Positions 49,590 through 62,078 of a DNA stretch of 64,000 nucleotides are shown here, piece by piece. Under the pieces are notes generated by a model. It was not told the origin of the DNA. It did not search any database and saw nothing but the letters and a program-made list of their open reading frames with translations. The stretch lies in assembly GCA_030390025.1 (NCBI GenBank), contig CM059432.1, positions 140,556,001-140,620,000 on the forward strand, in the 5' to 3' direction. Position numbers and translations under genes: made by a program. Each line of letters begins with the position of its first letter. Within the stretch, counting starts at the first letter, position 1. Source of the stretch: Squalus acanthias. Taxonomy: Eukaryota.

Positions 49590-49887
49590 TTGATTTCTGC
49601 GCTCCTCCGATTCTGGCCACTTGCGCATCCCCAAGTCCCTTCGTCCCACTATTACCGCCAGCTGTCTAGGCACCAAGCTCTGGATATTCCCTCCCTAAAC
49701 CTCTCTCTCCTCCTTTGAGACGCTCCTTAAAACCTACCTCTTTGACCAAGCTTTTGGTCGCCTGTCCCAATATCTGCTTATGTGGCTCAGTGTCAATTTT
49801 TTCTGATAACGTAACCTGTGAAACGCCTTGGGATATTTTTAACTACATTAAAGGCGTGATATAAATGCAAGTTGTTGTTGTTGTTGA
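49590..49887 (+). mobile_element. L2 3' fragment
   Basis: LKTYLFDQAF and (TTG)n tail. Confidence 0.8.
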
Positions 49888-50324
49888 GTGGAGGGGGAGA
49901 TGATCACAGACCTGGGAGGCTTTAAAACAGATCTTAGCGCAATACAAAAACCGCTAAAGCTCCAAAGATCACAGGTACAGCTGGAAAGTAATGAAAGGGC
50001 GTAAACGTACTGCCTGCGACAAATGTCACGCCTCAAAATTTGCTTGCAATATAAAAAAAGCAACACAGAGATAGAGGTTTACCCAGTTCTGCAGCACTGG
50101 GGATCAGAGGCAGATGCTGCCCGAGGGCATTTAGTCAGGAAATACCACCAGCGATAATACCTTTTTGTCACTAGGCCACCAGAGGCTGGAGGTCCCACTC
50201 CCAATGGATCACCAGGTAAATGATCGAAACAACAAGATTAATCCTTAGAACCTCCTTGTGTTGATCCTACTTCAGGCAAAGATAGCAACTTTAAATATGC
50301 AAAAAACATCTTCTTGAGAAGAAA

Positions 50325-50745
50325 GGAAAGAAAGAAAGATAGATTTGCATTTATACACAGCGCCTTTCATGACCTCAGGACGCCCCAAGGCGCTTTACAG
50401 CCAATGAAGTACTTTTTGAAGTGGAGTCACTGTTGCAATCTAGGAAATATGGCAGGCAAATTTGTGCACAGCAATATCCCACACAGCAGCAAAAGTGATA
50501 ATGGCCAGATAATATGTTACAGTGATGTTGGTTGAAGGATAAATATTGTCCAGAAGTGGGAGGAGGAGGTTGGGAGGTGTCTCCCATGTCGGGCTAGAAA
50601 ACCACCTGTTGGATGTCAGCCGTGGCTCAGTGGGTAGCACACTCACTCTCTGAGCGAGAAGGTTGTGGGTTCAAATCCCACTCCAGGGACTTGAGCACAA
50701 AAAAGCTAGGCTGGCACTCCCAGTGCAGTGCTGAGGGAGTGCTGT
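50325..50745. mobile_element. Deu-SINE tail (-) and head (+) fragments
   Basis: 50325-50550 minus, 50613-50745 plus. Confidence 0.75.
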
Positions 50746-51668
50746 ACCATACATGGAGATGGACGGAGGGGGGGGGGGGGTGATTCCGTACCATGCATGG
50801 AGATGGACGGGGGGGGGGGGGGGGTGATTCCGTACCATGCATGGAGATGGACGGAGGGGGGGGTGATTCCGTACCATGCATGGAGATGGACGGAGGGGGG
50901 GGGGGGTGATTCCGTACCATGCATGGAGATGGACGGAGGGGGGGGGGTGATTCCTTACCATGCATGGAGATGGACGGAGGGGGGGGGGGTGATTCCGTAC
51001 CATGCATGGAGATGGACGGAGGGGGGGGGTGATTCCGTACCTTGCATGGAGATGGACGGACGGGGGGGGGGTGATTCCGTACCATGCATGGAGATGGACG
51101 GAGGGGGGGGGGTGATTCCTTACCATGCATGGAGATGGACGGAGGGGGGGGTGATTCCGTACCATGCATGGAGATGGACGGAGGGGGGGGGGGGGGGTGA
51201 TTCCTTACCATGCATGGAGATGGACGGAGGAGGGGGGGGGGGTGATTCCGTACCATGCATGGAGATGGACGGAGGGGGGGGGGGGTGATTCCGTACCATG
51301 CATGGAGATGGACGGGGGGGGGGGGTGATTCCGTACCATGCATGGAGATGGACGGAGGGGGGGGGGGGTGATTCCTTACCATGCATGGAGATGGACGGAG
51401 GGGGGGGGGATTCCGTACCATGCATGGAGATGGACGGAGGTGGGGGGGGGGGGTGATTCCTTACCATGCATGGAGATGGACGGAGGGGGGGGGGTGTGAT
51501 TCCGTACCATGCATGGAGATGGACGGAGGGGGGGGGGGGGTGATTCCTTACCATGCATGGAGATGGACGGAGGAGGGGGGGGGGGTGATTCCGTACCATG
51601 CATGGAGATGGACGGAGGGGGGGGGGTGATTCCTTACCATGCATGGAGATGGACGGAGGGGGGTGATT
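50744..51668. repeat. ~42-bp minisatellite TGATTCC(G/T)TACCATGCATGGAGATGGACGGA(G)n, about 22 copies
   Basis: Direct tandem units with variable poly-G and internal palindrome CCATGCATGG. Confidence 0.95.
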
Positions 51669-51779
51669 TCTGCCATTTGCTATTGGCGGTGAAATCAGAA
51701 ACGCCGGCACAAAGAACATGTTTGTTGGTTTTCTTCTACCTGCAGCGATCAATGGAATTTTTCTCTCAACATTAGCAAA

Positions 51780-52230
51780 AGGATATTCTTATCAGGAAAG
51801 GCTGAACAGGCCGGGGCTCTTTTCTCTAGAAGAAGGAAGGCCGAGGGGTGGCCTGATAGAGGTCTTTAAAATGATGAAAGGTTTCAATAGGGTAGACGTA
51901 GAAAAGATGTTTCCACTTGTGGGGGAGTTCAAAACGAGGGACCATAAATGTAAGATGGTCACTAATAAATCCAATGAGGAATTCAGGAGAAACTTCTTTA
52001 CCCAGAGAGTGGTGAGAATGTGGAACTCGCTACCACAGGGAGTGGTTGAGGCGAATAGCGTAGATGCATTTAACAGGAAGTTAGGTAAGTACATGCAGGA
52101 GAAGTTAAAGAAGGATATGTTGATGGGGTGAGAGGAAGTAGGGGTGGGAGGAGGCTGGTGAGGAGCATAAACACCAGCATGGACCAGTTGGGCCCAATGG
52201 CCTGTTTCTGTGCTGTAGACTCGATGTAAC
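51780..52230 (+). mobile_element. CR1 3' fragment
   Basis: SYQERL..LIEVFKM..FFTQRVVRMWNSLP. Confidence 0.88.
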
Positions 52231-52579
52231 TCGATGTAAATGGCTGCTAAAGAGAGTGAAATGAGTTTTAAAAGCAAGTAACGCTGCTGAGGATTGGTGA
52301 AAGGACATGAACTCCCTGCCTGCGATATGTGCCAAAGCAAAGAAAAATGGTTTGCAATGTGAATAAAACAGCACAACTGATTGGGCAAAGGTAAAAATAT
52401 TAACGCGGGAAGAAAGGCTATAGCTTCTGCAATAAAGAGCTGACATCTTCGCTGTCTCCATCAAATCTGATGAGCGCTACATTAAGTTATCAATATCCAA
52501 TTGCTTCATGTATAACTATCTAAGCTATTATCAGTGTCTAACATGAACTGCAATTTTTTATAGCTGTATATAAAAGAAA

Positions 52580-52885
52580 AAGAAAGACTTGCATTTCTAT
52601 AGCGCCTTTCATTTCCCAAAGTGCTTTATAGCCAATGAAATACTTTTTGAAGTGTAGAATTCCAAAGATTCACCACCCTCTGAGTGTAGAAATGCCACCT
52701 CATCTCAGTCTTAAATGGCCTAGCCCTTATCCTGAGACTATGCCCCCTGGTTCTAGACACTCCAGCCAGGGGAAACGGCCTCTCAGCATCTACCCTGTCA
52801 ATCCCCCTCAGTATCTTAGATGTTTCAATGAGATCACCTCTCATTCTTCTAAACTCCAGAGAGTACAGGCCCAATCTACTCAATC
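52580..52885 (-). mobile_element. Deu-SINE tail fused to a CR1 fragment
   Basis: SINE tail 52580-52655; LGLYSLEFRRMRGDLIE 52655-52885. Confidence 0.8.
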
Positions 52886-52897
52886 TGAATAACACTG

Positions 52898-53091
52898 GGG
52901 GTAGATCTTGACTTTGTGCATTAGTGTAGAACAGGTGATAGCGAGTGGGAAGCCCACTCGTTTTACATCTGTCCCCATTTTTATTTCCATTGATTTCGAT
53001 GATCGGATCCGGAGATGGGGAGAGATGTAAAACGGGCTTCCTACTCACTATCACCCGTTTCACTCTATCGCTCAAAGTCAAGATCTACCCT
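52898..53091. mobile_element. Fold-back MITE (Harbinger-like termini)
   Basis: GGGTAGATCTTGACTTTG...CAAAGTCAAGATCTACCC with complementarity extending most of the way to the centre. Confidence 0.8.
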
Positions 53092-53187
53092 CAGTGAGTT
53101 ATCTTTTCCGCTGAGAAGTTCGACAAGTTGTTAACTCTGTTGGAGAACCCGTCACCGTAATGTTGCCCATCTACTTATCCCCTAAAG

Positions 53188-53622
53188 TCAGCCGTGGTTC
53201 AGTGGGCAGCACTCTCACCTTCTGAGTCAGAAGGTTTAAGGTTAAAGTCCCACTCAAGTGAGAAATCTAGGCTGACACTCCCAGTGCAGTACTGCAGGAG
53301 TGCTGCACTGTTGCAGGTGCTGCCTTTGGGATGAGATGTTAAACTGAGGCCCTGTCTGCCCTCTCAGGTGGAAATAAAAGATCCCATGGCACTATTTTGC
53401 AGGGGAGTTCTTCGTAGTGCTCTGGCCAATATTTATCCCTCAACTGACATCACTAAAACATTATCCGGTCATTATCACGTTGCTGTTTGCGGGAGCTTGC
53501 TGTGCACAAATTGGCTGCCGTGTTTCCTACATTACAACAGTGACTACACTTCAAAAGTACTATCGTCGTCTGTAAAGCGCTTTGGGACATCTTGAAAGGC
53601 ACGATATAAAGCAAGTCTTTCT
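53188..53622 (+). mobile_element. Deu-SINE
   Basis: Collinear with other copies. Confidence 0.85.
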
Positions 53623-54409
53623 TACTCTTTTAGGAGAGCCCCTCTCTGTATTTGCAGACATGAAATGAGATGTTCCTAATATTACGTACGCGAAAATATT
53701 AAACAAAAAGATGTGGAGCAATTATCTTCCTCCCCTTCAGAGAGTTTGGGGGAGGGGGTGGGTTTATGAGCTCATGGAGCTGCCTCGGAGCCACTGATGC
53801 ATTCAATGCTGGGTCAGAATGAGCAGCTGTAAAACAAACAGGATAAGTAGAAGATTCTCCAAGCGTTAGTTTCAACAATCTAATTTAATAGAGAAAAACA
53901 TGAGACGTTTATTTCAGTGTTTCTGATCTGTGGGACACTTCTTCTCTCTCCCCCCACCCCCTGGCTGATACAAAGGGCAGACTTATATTTAAAAGAAAAA
54001 AAAGAATAGTGCTGGCTTCCACAGTTACTATGGCAGCAAAAGTTTGTTATGGAACCAGTGACAACATGTTTTTGTCAAACATCTTACTGATTTCATCTTG
54101 TATGGTCACATGTTGATTATTAAAACCGTTGCAAAGAACAAGCTGAACATGAGGACCTTTATTTCAGTGCATAAAACACTCCAGCAATAGCTTAATATAA
54201 ATCACATCGTTTCATTCTGATTCCAACAATTAACTACAGGTTTTAAATACGTTATAAATAAGTGCTGACCTGGTTCTTTCAATTTACTTTTCAAATTCCA
54301 GTTGTAATTAATTTTTAGGATGACCGAAAGAAGCGGACCAATTAAAAAAAAAATCACAGGCACGTTAACAGGAGATAAAACTGCCCCGTCTTGAAATGAA
54401 AGAAGTACA

Positions 54410-54820
54410 GATGGTTAAAATTCTCATCCTTGTTTTCAAATCCCTCCATGGCCTCGCCCCCCTCCCTATCTCTGTAATCTCCTCCAGACCTACAGCCCTC
54501 CGAGATCTCTGCGCTCCTCCAATTCTGGCCTCTTGTGCATCCCCGATTTTAATCGCTGCACCATTGACGGCCTGTGCCTGCTGTTGCCTGGGCCCTAAGC
54601 TCTGGAATTCCCTCCCTAAACCTCTCCGCCTCGCTACCTCTCTCCTCCTTTAAGACGCTCCTTAAAACCTACCTCTTTGAGCAAGCTTTTGGTCACCTGT
54701 CCTAATGTCTCCTTATGTGGCTCGGTGTCAAGTTTTGTTTGATAATCGCTCCTGTGCAGCGCCTTGGGACGTTTTACTATGTTAAAGGCGCTATATAAAT
54801 GCATATTGTTGTTGATGTTG
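54410..54820 (+). mobile_element. L2 3' fragment
   Basis: KILILVFKSLHGLAP, LGPKLWNSLP, (TTG)n tail. Confidence 0.9.
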
Positions 54821-55009
54821 TGCTATGTGTATGGGGCAGGGGGGGCGGTGTGGCAGGGAAGCAGAACTGATTCCTCGTGTTGCTGATTTGCCTGGTGCAG
54901 CTCAACTCCTGTGGGGAAGCAAGCGAAGGCTAGTTCCCTCTCCTTGGTGGGTGTAAGGGAATTAGAAAGTTAAGCAACAGTCACCCCTTGGCTTACCAGT
55001 TAGAAAAAG

Positions 55010-55641
55010 ACACAAGTATATAGATGAACTGGAGAAGTTGCAGAAAAGATTTACAAGAACAATACCAGAACTGAGAGGTTATAACTATTACGAAAGGATG
55101 AACAGGCTGGGGCTCTTTTCTCCAGAAAAGAGAAGACTGAGGGGTGACCTGATAGAGGTCTTTAAGATTAGGAAAGGGTTCAATAGGGTAGATGTAGAGA
55201 AGATGGGCTGGATTTTCAATGACCCGTGGAGTCGGGTTTGGAGGCGTGTGGGGGGTTAAAGTTGCAGATTCGGGGGTCCCGACCCCATCCGACTCCACGC
55301 AATTTTGCCAAAATCGGTCGCGGGGTTCCTGACTCTGTCCCGCCTCCAAGAGGCGGGAGAGGCCATTAAAGCCCTTAACAAGCCCTAAATTGGCTCTGTA
55401 ATGCCATTTTGAAATGTTTTAGCTAGTTTAACCCTTTTCCGACGTGAAGTACGCCTGATGTGAAACACGCCAGTGAAACCTGGCGGGAGCACAAGTGGAT
55501 AGCCGACTATCAGCTGCAGGTCCACTATTACAACGGAGATGTGATGAAGGTAGTAGTAGTATTAGGTGTGAAAGTCGCCTCTGATGCTGCTGCATTGAAT
55601 GTCTTCAGAGACTGCCTGGGAGGACTTGGTTGCAAAAAAAA

Positions 55642-55706
<65 letters not shown>

Positions 55707-56280
55707 ATGCTGCTCATTTTGCATCCAGGTCCTCTCACAGCAAAGGCCAGGCAATCTCTGAGACCAGGCAGTCTCTGACCTGCAATGATGACATCATCAG
55801 AGGCGACTTTCAGACTGAAACCACTAATTGGTTCATGGGTTCCCACATGCTGGAACTCAATTGCCCAATTAAGTGAAAATTGCATCAATCTCCCACATCC
55901 AATTGCAGGCGGGTGGATAACACGACCCCAACCCGCCCCAGTATCAAAATCCAGCCCGATGTTTCCACTTATGGGGGAGACCAAAACTAGGGGCCATAAA
56001 TATAAGACAGTCACTAATAAATCCAATTCAGGGAATTCAGGAGAAACTTCCTAACCCAGAGAGTGGTGAGAATGTGGAACTTGCTACCACAGGGAGTGGT
56101 TGAGGCGAATAGTATAGATGCATTTAATGGGAAGCTGGATAAACACATGAGGGAGAAAGGAATAGAAGGTTATGCTGATAGAGTGAGATGAAGTAGAGTG
56201 GGAGGAGGCTCGTTGGCAGCATAAACACCGGCACAGACCAGTTGGCTGAATGGCCTGTTTCTGTGTTGTAAATTCTATGC
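55010..56280 (+). mobile_element. CR1 3' fragment split by a MITE
   Basis: QKRFTRTIPEL...VEKM | FPLMGETKTRGH continuous across the insert. Confidence 0.88.
55205..55957. mobile_element. Harbinger MITE family A, copy 3
   Basis: TIR GGGCTGGATTTT...AAAATCCAGCCC, TSD GAT/GAT. Confidence 0.92.
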
Positions 56281-56465
56281 AGAAAGAAAGTAAGGTGTCA
56301 GCTTTGATTCGCGCCTGCACTGAGATCACCCAGACAGCTGATAGGGTTCCACAAATGACACAAGTCTCCCTGGACGATTCAACCAGAGTTCCGTACTTCT
56401 AAAGCCCTGCTGGAATGTGTGTTTGTGAGAAGTTGAGTTAAGACACAACTGGGCTCAGCTGTATT

Positions 56466-56759
56466 ACCCCTCTCGCCCTTTCGCCCACCCTCCCCTCCCC
56501 CTCCCCCTCCCCTCCCCCCCCCTCCCCTCCCCCCTCTCCCTCCCCTTCCCCTCCCCTCCCCCTCACCTCCCCTTCCCCTCCCCTCCCTTCCCTCCCCCTC
56601 CCTCCCCTCCCCTCCCCATCCCCTCCCCTCCCCATCCCCTCCCCTCCCCATCCCCTCCGCTCCCCTTCCCCTCCCTCCCCTCCCCATCCCTCCCCCTCCC
56701 CTCCCCATCCCCTCCGCCCCCCCCCCCCTCCCCTTCCCCTCCCCTCCCCCCCCCCTCCC

Positions 56760-56816
<57 letters not shown>

Positions 56817-57210
56817 CCTCCCCCCCCTCCCCTTCCCCTCCCCTCCCCTTCCCCTCCCCTTCCCCTTCCCCTCCCCTCCCTCCCCTCCCCTTCTCCCTCC
56901 CCTTCCCCTTCCCCTTCCCCTCCCTTCCCCTCCCCCTCCCTCCCCTCCCCTTCCCCTCCCCTTCCCCTCCCCTTCCCCTTCCCCTTCCCCTCCCCTCCCC
57001 CTCCCTTCCCTCCCCTCCCCTCCCCTCCCCTCTCTTTTCCCCTCCCCTCCCCTTCCCATCGCCCCCGCTCCCCTTCTCCTCCCCTCCCCTTCCCCTCCCC
57101 TCCCCTCCCCTCCCCCTCCCCTCCGCTCCCCTTCCCCTCCCTTCCCTCCCCTCCCGCTCCCTTTCCCTTCCCCTTCCCTCCCCTCCCCTTCCCTTCCCTC
57201 CCCTCCCCCC
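56466..57210. repeat. Polypyrimidine (CCCCT/CCCCTT)n tract with a ~50-nt poly-C
   Basis: Direct inspection. Confidence 0.95.
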
Positions 57211-58184
57211 ACATGATTGAAAAACCTGCAAACATTCACTGTGCAGGCTCCTAAATGAAGCGTAGCCACTTGGGTAGATACCAGAGGCTGACAGCTTGTG
57301 TCAGCGTGAATCACCACCTTCAGGTAAAGGTTTTTGGTCAACAATGCTTTTTTAAACATGACCTACGAGAGCTGCTTATGAACGAGTCAACTCACTCAGC
57401 ATGAAGCCACAGTTAATAGTCTTTCAAATCAACAGTACAAAGCTTTAAAAAGTATTGTGCCTGTCACAAATACAATTTGTGCTGAAGAGAACAGAACAGA
57501 CTTGCACCCTCACAGTGACGTTTAAAAGCAGCCCCCCCTGGACTGCTGTGGCTGGGAATGCGTGGAGCAACAGGGACAGCAAACGCACGGTGGAGTACGA
57601 ATGATTTTGTTCCTATTTTCCTGGGTGGGGTGTCTCTCTGGTGGGGGGGAGGCAACGAAGAGGAAAATCAAATAAAACCAGAACACATTTCTCCCACAAA
57701 AGCGATGTGCGAAAGCAGTTTAACAATTCCATTCCCAGTGTTTCGAAAAAGGGGCGAGATGCTTCAAGTGATATCAGGAGCAGCCAGACTTCTGCGCTGC
57801 TGGAGGTGGACAGGTGGAGCTGATTAGTTGAGAGGGTGTTTTTTTTTACTTCAGACTGAGACAGGATACACTAAACGCACACAGCTTACAGATGGTGAGG
57901 GCTGAACTCATTACCAGGGCAGTGGTGGTGATGTGTAATGAAACACTTGACAGGACCTCAGGCAAACCTGCACATTTATGAGCAGCTTTGGGTAGGTTTA
58001 ATGCGGTAAAGACGTAGCGCAGGATCGCCCCGTCCTCAAACAGTGGAACAATAATCACTGGCCTTTAGAAGGGGGGTGGAACGCTTGGAGCCCAAATGCG
58101 CGGCAAAATCTTAAACCCCTTCTTTAGAAACAGGTTTAGAATGTTGTTTCCCCACAGCAGTGCAGCTGCTGGCAAATCAGGACT

Positions 58185-59530
58185 TAGAGAGGGTGCAGGG
58201 GAGATTTACCTAGAATGGTACCAGGAATGAGGGACTTTAGTTGTGGGAAGAGACAGAGAAGGTGGAAATGTTCTCCTTGGAGCAGTGAAGGTTAAGGTCA
58301 AAGCTTCGATGCTGGGGATGTTGGCCTGAGCGAGAACACTGACGTTGGTGCGCCTATCCTGCCAATGGATTTGCGGGATCTTGCGGAGGCAGCGTTGGTG
58401 GTACTTCTCCAGTGCTTTGAGGTGCCTGCTGTACATGGTCCATGTGTCTGAGGCATACAGCAGGGCGGGTATCACTGCTGCTCTGTAGACCATGAGCTTC
58501 GTGCGGGTTTGAGGTCCTGGTCTTCAAACACTCTCTTCCTCAGTCGACCGAAGGCTGCACTGGCACACTGAAGGCGGTGTTGGACTTCGTCATCGACGTC
58601 TGCCCTTGTTGACAGTAGGCTCCCGAGGTATGGAAAGTGGTCCACGTTGTCCAAGGCCTTGTCGTGGATTTTGATAATCGGGGGGCAGTACTGTGCGGCG
58701 GGGGCAGGTTGGTAGAGGACCTTTGTCTTACAGATGTTTAGTGTAAGGTCCATGCTCTCGTACGCTTTGGTGAAGGTGTTGATGATGGTTGGAGTTCGAC
58801 CTCCGATCAGCTCCGATAGACGGGTCACATCGTCCGCACGCGCGATACGAAACTCCCAAAACAAGCGCTCTACTCGGAGCTCCAACACGGCAAGAGAGCC
58901 CCAGGTGGGCAGAGGAAACGCTTCAAGGACACCCTCAAAGCCTCCTTGAAAAAGTGCAACATCCCCACTGACACCTGGGAATCCCTGGCCCAAGACCGCA
59001 CAAAGTGGAGGAGAAGCATCCGGGAAGGCGCCAAACACCTGGAGTACTCTTCGCCGGGAGCAAGCGGAAGCCAAGCGCAAACAGCGGAAGGAGCGCACAT
59101 CAGCCCAAGTACCCCACCCACCCGCCCCTTCAACCACCGTCTGCCCCACCTGTGACAGAGACTGTAGGTCCCGCATTGGACTCATCAGTCACCTGAGAAC
59201 TCATTTTTAATGTGGAAGCAAGTCATCCTTGGTTCCGAGGGACTGCCTAAGAGAAGAGAAGGTTAAGGGCAGATTTAATAGAGATGTTCAAAATGATGAA
59301 GGGTGTTGATAGAGTAAATAAGGAGAAACTGTTTCCACTGGCAGGAGGGTAGGAATCCAGAGGCGACATGAGGAAACTATTTTTTATGCAGCGAGTTGTT
59401 GTGATCTGGAATGCGCTGCCTGAAAGGGCGGTGGAAGCTGATTCAATAGTAACTTTCAGAAGGGAATTGAATAAATACTTGAAAAGGAAAAAAAATGCAG
59501 GGCTATGGGGGAAAGAGCAGGGGGAAGTGA
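58185..59530 (+). mobile_element. CR1 3' fragment split by an RTE
   Basis: FSLEQ*RLR | ..DLIEMFKM continuous across 58298-59257. Confidence 0.8.
58298..59257 (+). mobile_element. 5'-truncated, 5'-inverted RTE-clade LINE
   Basis: FPYLGS, ASAAFGRL, LLYASDTWT on minus; LPKQALYSEL..GGQRKRFKD on plus; GAA-rich tail; 11-bp TSD GAAGGTTAAGG (58287-58297, 59258-59268). Confidence 0.9.
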
Positions 59531-60204
59531 ATTCTAGATCCTAACCACTCGCTGAGTAAAAAAGTTTTTCCACATGTTGCCTTTGGTTCTTCTGCCAATC
59601 ACCTTAAATCTGTGTCCTCTGGTTCTCGACCCTTCTGCCAATGGGAACAGTTTCTCTCTATCTACTCTGTCTAGACCCCTCATGATTTTGAACACCTCTA
59701 TCAAATCTCCTCTCAACCTTCTCTGCTCCAAGCCTCTCTAATCTATCCACGTAACTGAAGTCCCTCATCCATGGAACCATTCTCGTAAATCTTTTCTGCA
59801 CCCTCTCTAAGGCCTTCACATCCTTCCTAAAGTGCGGTGCCCAGAATTGGACCCAATACTCCTGTTGAGGCCGAACCAGTGTTTTATAAAGGTTCATCAT
59901 AACTTCCTTGCTTTCGTACTCTATGGGCTCGATTTTGCCATTGGGGTCGAGCTGGGGCGTGTCAGGTGGTTTTCGTGTCAGGACCCTGACTCCGATGTGA
60001 AGTGGGAAAAAAGTGCGATTTTCCCCTAATTGGGCACTTGATTTCCAGCTTGTGGAAACCCCTGGCCCAATTAGTCTTTCCATCCTGAAAGTCACCTCCG
60101 ATGACGTCATCAGTGCTGCTGGATTTAAGACCTGCAAGCAGCCTTGCTTCTTCTGGAGACTGGAAACGCTTTGGTCATTGTATCAAGGACTTCATTTACC
60201 GACC

Positions 60205-61620
60205 ATGTCCACCAGCAAGCAAAAGTGTGCACCTCGCTTTGATGAGCCCTCCCTCCAAGCTCTGGTGTAGGGAGCAAGATCTAATAAGGAGGTGCTCTTC
60301 CCTTCCTCAGGGAGAAAAAACCACCACAACAGACTAAAGCTGTATGGCTGCAAGTGGCCCAGGAGGTCAACTCAATCTCTATGTGCCGCAGAACCTGGCT
60401 GCAATGCAGGAAGAGGTTTCATGACCTTCTCCGCACAGGAAAAGTGAGTATGACTTTCTCATCACCCTCAATCTGATCCCCATCGCCTCTCCTCACCAGC
60501 ACTCTGCTTTGCCAACCTCTTCTTCCACATCCCACTTGACACTGACATCCTTGCACCCTTACCCATTCCCTCTCTCTCTATGGTCACATTCACTTAACTA
60601 TTTGACCATGCAGCCCTCACATTCCCTATCACTGTGACACAATGACAATAACTTACAACACACAGGGAGGGCCCTTTGTCTCCTTCTAAGCATCTATGCT
60701 ATGGATTCTCTACACTCACTCCTTAATTCTCACTCAAAGTCCACTTGTGTCCCTCATTGCAGGAAAAGAGAGCCCACAATAAGAGGGAAAGAGCGAGGAC
60801 AGGAGGAGGGCCACCCTCAGTAGCCCAGCTCACCACCTCGGAGGAGGCGGCCCTGGAAATTGCCGGGATCGAGCAGGATTCCCAAGTGGGGGACGGACAC
60901 GCGGGCGCATCACAGCAAGCTGGTGACAGAATAGTTTGGCATCTCTCTCATTGACATTGCATGAGTGACTGATAATGATTCTGATGCTCTAACAGATTGA
61001 CCTATGATCATCTGCACAATTCAATGTGCATGCAACCTTTACCTCACATCTCTAACTCTTTCCTTTACTCCCCCACAGGACCATCGAGAGCCCCCGGCCC
61101 CACTGTCCAGGAGGAACAGCCTGAGCTTCCACACTCCTCAGAGGAAGCTGCAACCTCTGAGGGTGCTCTGTCAGCAGAATTAAGCGCACCCTGCACCAGC
61201 GCAGACACTCACACCTCGGTGGGACCTTTGGGACATAGAGTAGAGTTGTCACCTGGTGTATCACAGCTCACAAGTGAGCATCAGCAAATGGTGGAGACAG
61301 GGACAGCAGTGGAGAGTCCTCATCGCAGTGGAGAGGACATTCCCAGCTCGGCTCCGCTGCATGTCGACCATGTGCCTCCGGGTCCATCCAGAAGGAGAGC
61401 GGTGCTGGAACTCCAGGAACAGGTGCAGGAGTCTCTGGCAGGTTTTGTCTCCAGGGTCGCTGCGAGTGTGGAGCGAATGGAGGAGTCCATCGCTAACATG
61501 AGCAGAGCCTTTGTGGAGGCATTGGCGCATGAACGCATCACCACAGAAAGGATGGCAACCTCCTTGGAAAGGATGGCTAACTCCATGGTAAGGCTGGCTA
61601 CCGTAGTCACTTGGGTGTAA
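60205..61620 (+). pseudogene. Three-exon Harbinger Myb/SANT-like protein gene (60205-60443, 60763-60922, 61079-61620)
   Basis: MSTSKQKCAPRF..WLQVAQEVN..RTWLQCRKRFHDL; GT-AG introns in matching phases; RTGGGPP motif; C-terminal coiled-coil-like segment; TAG at 60268 and a frameshift in exon 1. Confidence 0.88.
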
Positions 61621-61879
61621 TGTTGTGTTTAATTTTGAAAAGCCATCAGTTGCTTATTGTCATAAAAAATTCTGATGGCAAACTGTTGCAGTTGTGGCGT
61701 GTGTCATTTCGCTAATGGGACTTCCACATTGAGGGCTTAGGGTGACTTGCAATTGTCAGTATGGTGGTCAGAGTGATAGGAATCCGCAGGTCCTTGGCCA
61801 TTGTCGATGGTCTGATAAGAAGGTGCGAGGCAAAATTGTTTGATTGTGCAGGCTAAGCAAATCTGGCCAAGATGAGTGT

Positions 61880-62078
61880 GTCCCTTGCATCCCGGGCAGC
61901 AATGTGGTTGCACGCTGGCGCCTTCTGGCCTGTGCAGCTTCAGGTGGGTGAGCAGCAACTTGGCGCTCTGTTGTTGCTGCTGCTGTTGGTGGTGCTGTTG
62001 TTCATGGTTCTGCTGCTGCCACGGCTGGTCTTCGTCCGAATCTGATGTCCAGGAGGAAAGGAAATAAATGGTTCCCAT
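61880..62078 (-). pseudogene. N-terminal remnant of the Harbinger transposase
   Basis: MGTIYFLSSWTSDSDEDQP aligns with MGTIYILSAWPSDLEEEQP of element 1; catalytic region absent. Confidence 0.8.

Noticed and set aside
50744..51668. Palindromic repeat array as CRISPR, or Pro/Gly-rich ORFs
   Set aside because: The spacers are only poly-G; the ORFs result from a stop-free repeat unit
56379..57359. Gly/Arg/Glu-rich ORFs (RGG-like)
   Set aside because: Translation of the low-complexity purine strand
60205..61620. Host NAIF1/MSANTD gene
   Set aside because: Lies between perfect TIRs inside a CR1 and has a stop and a frameshift
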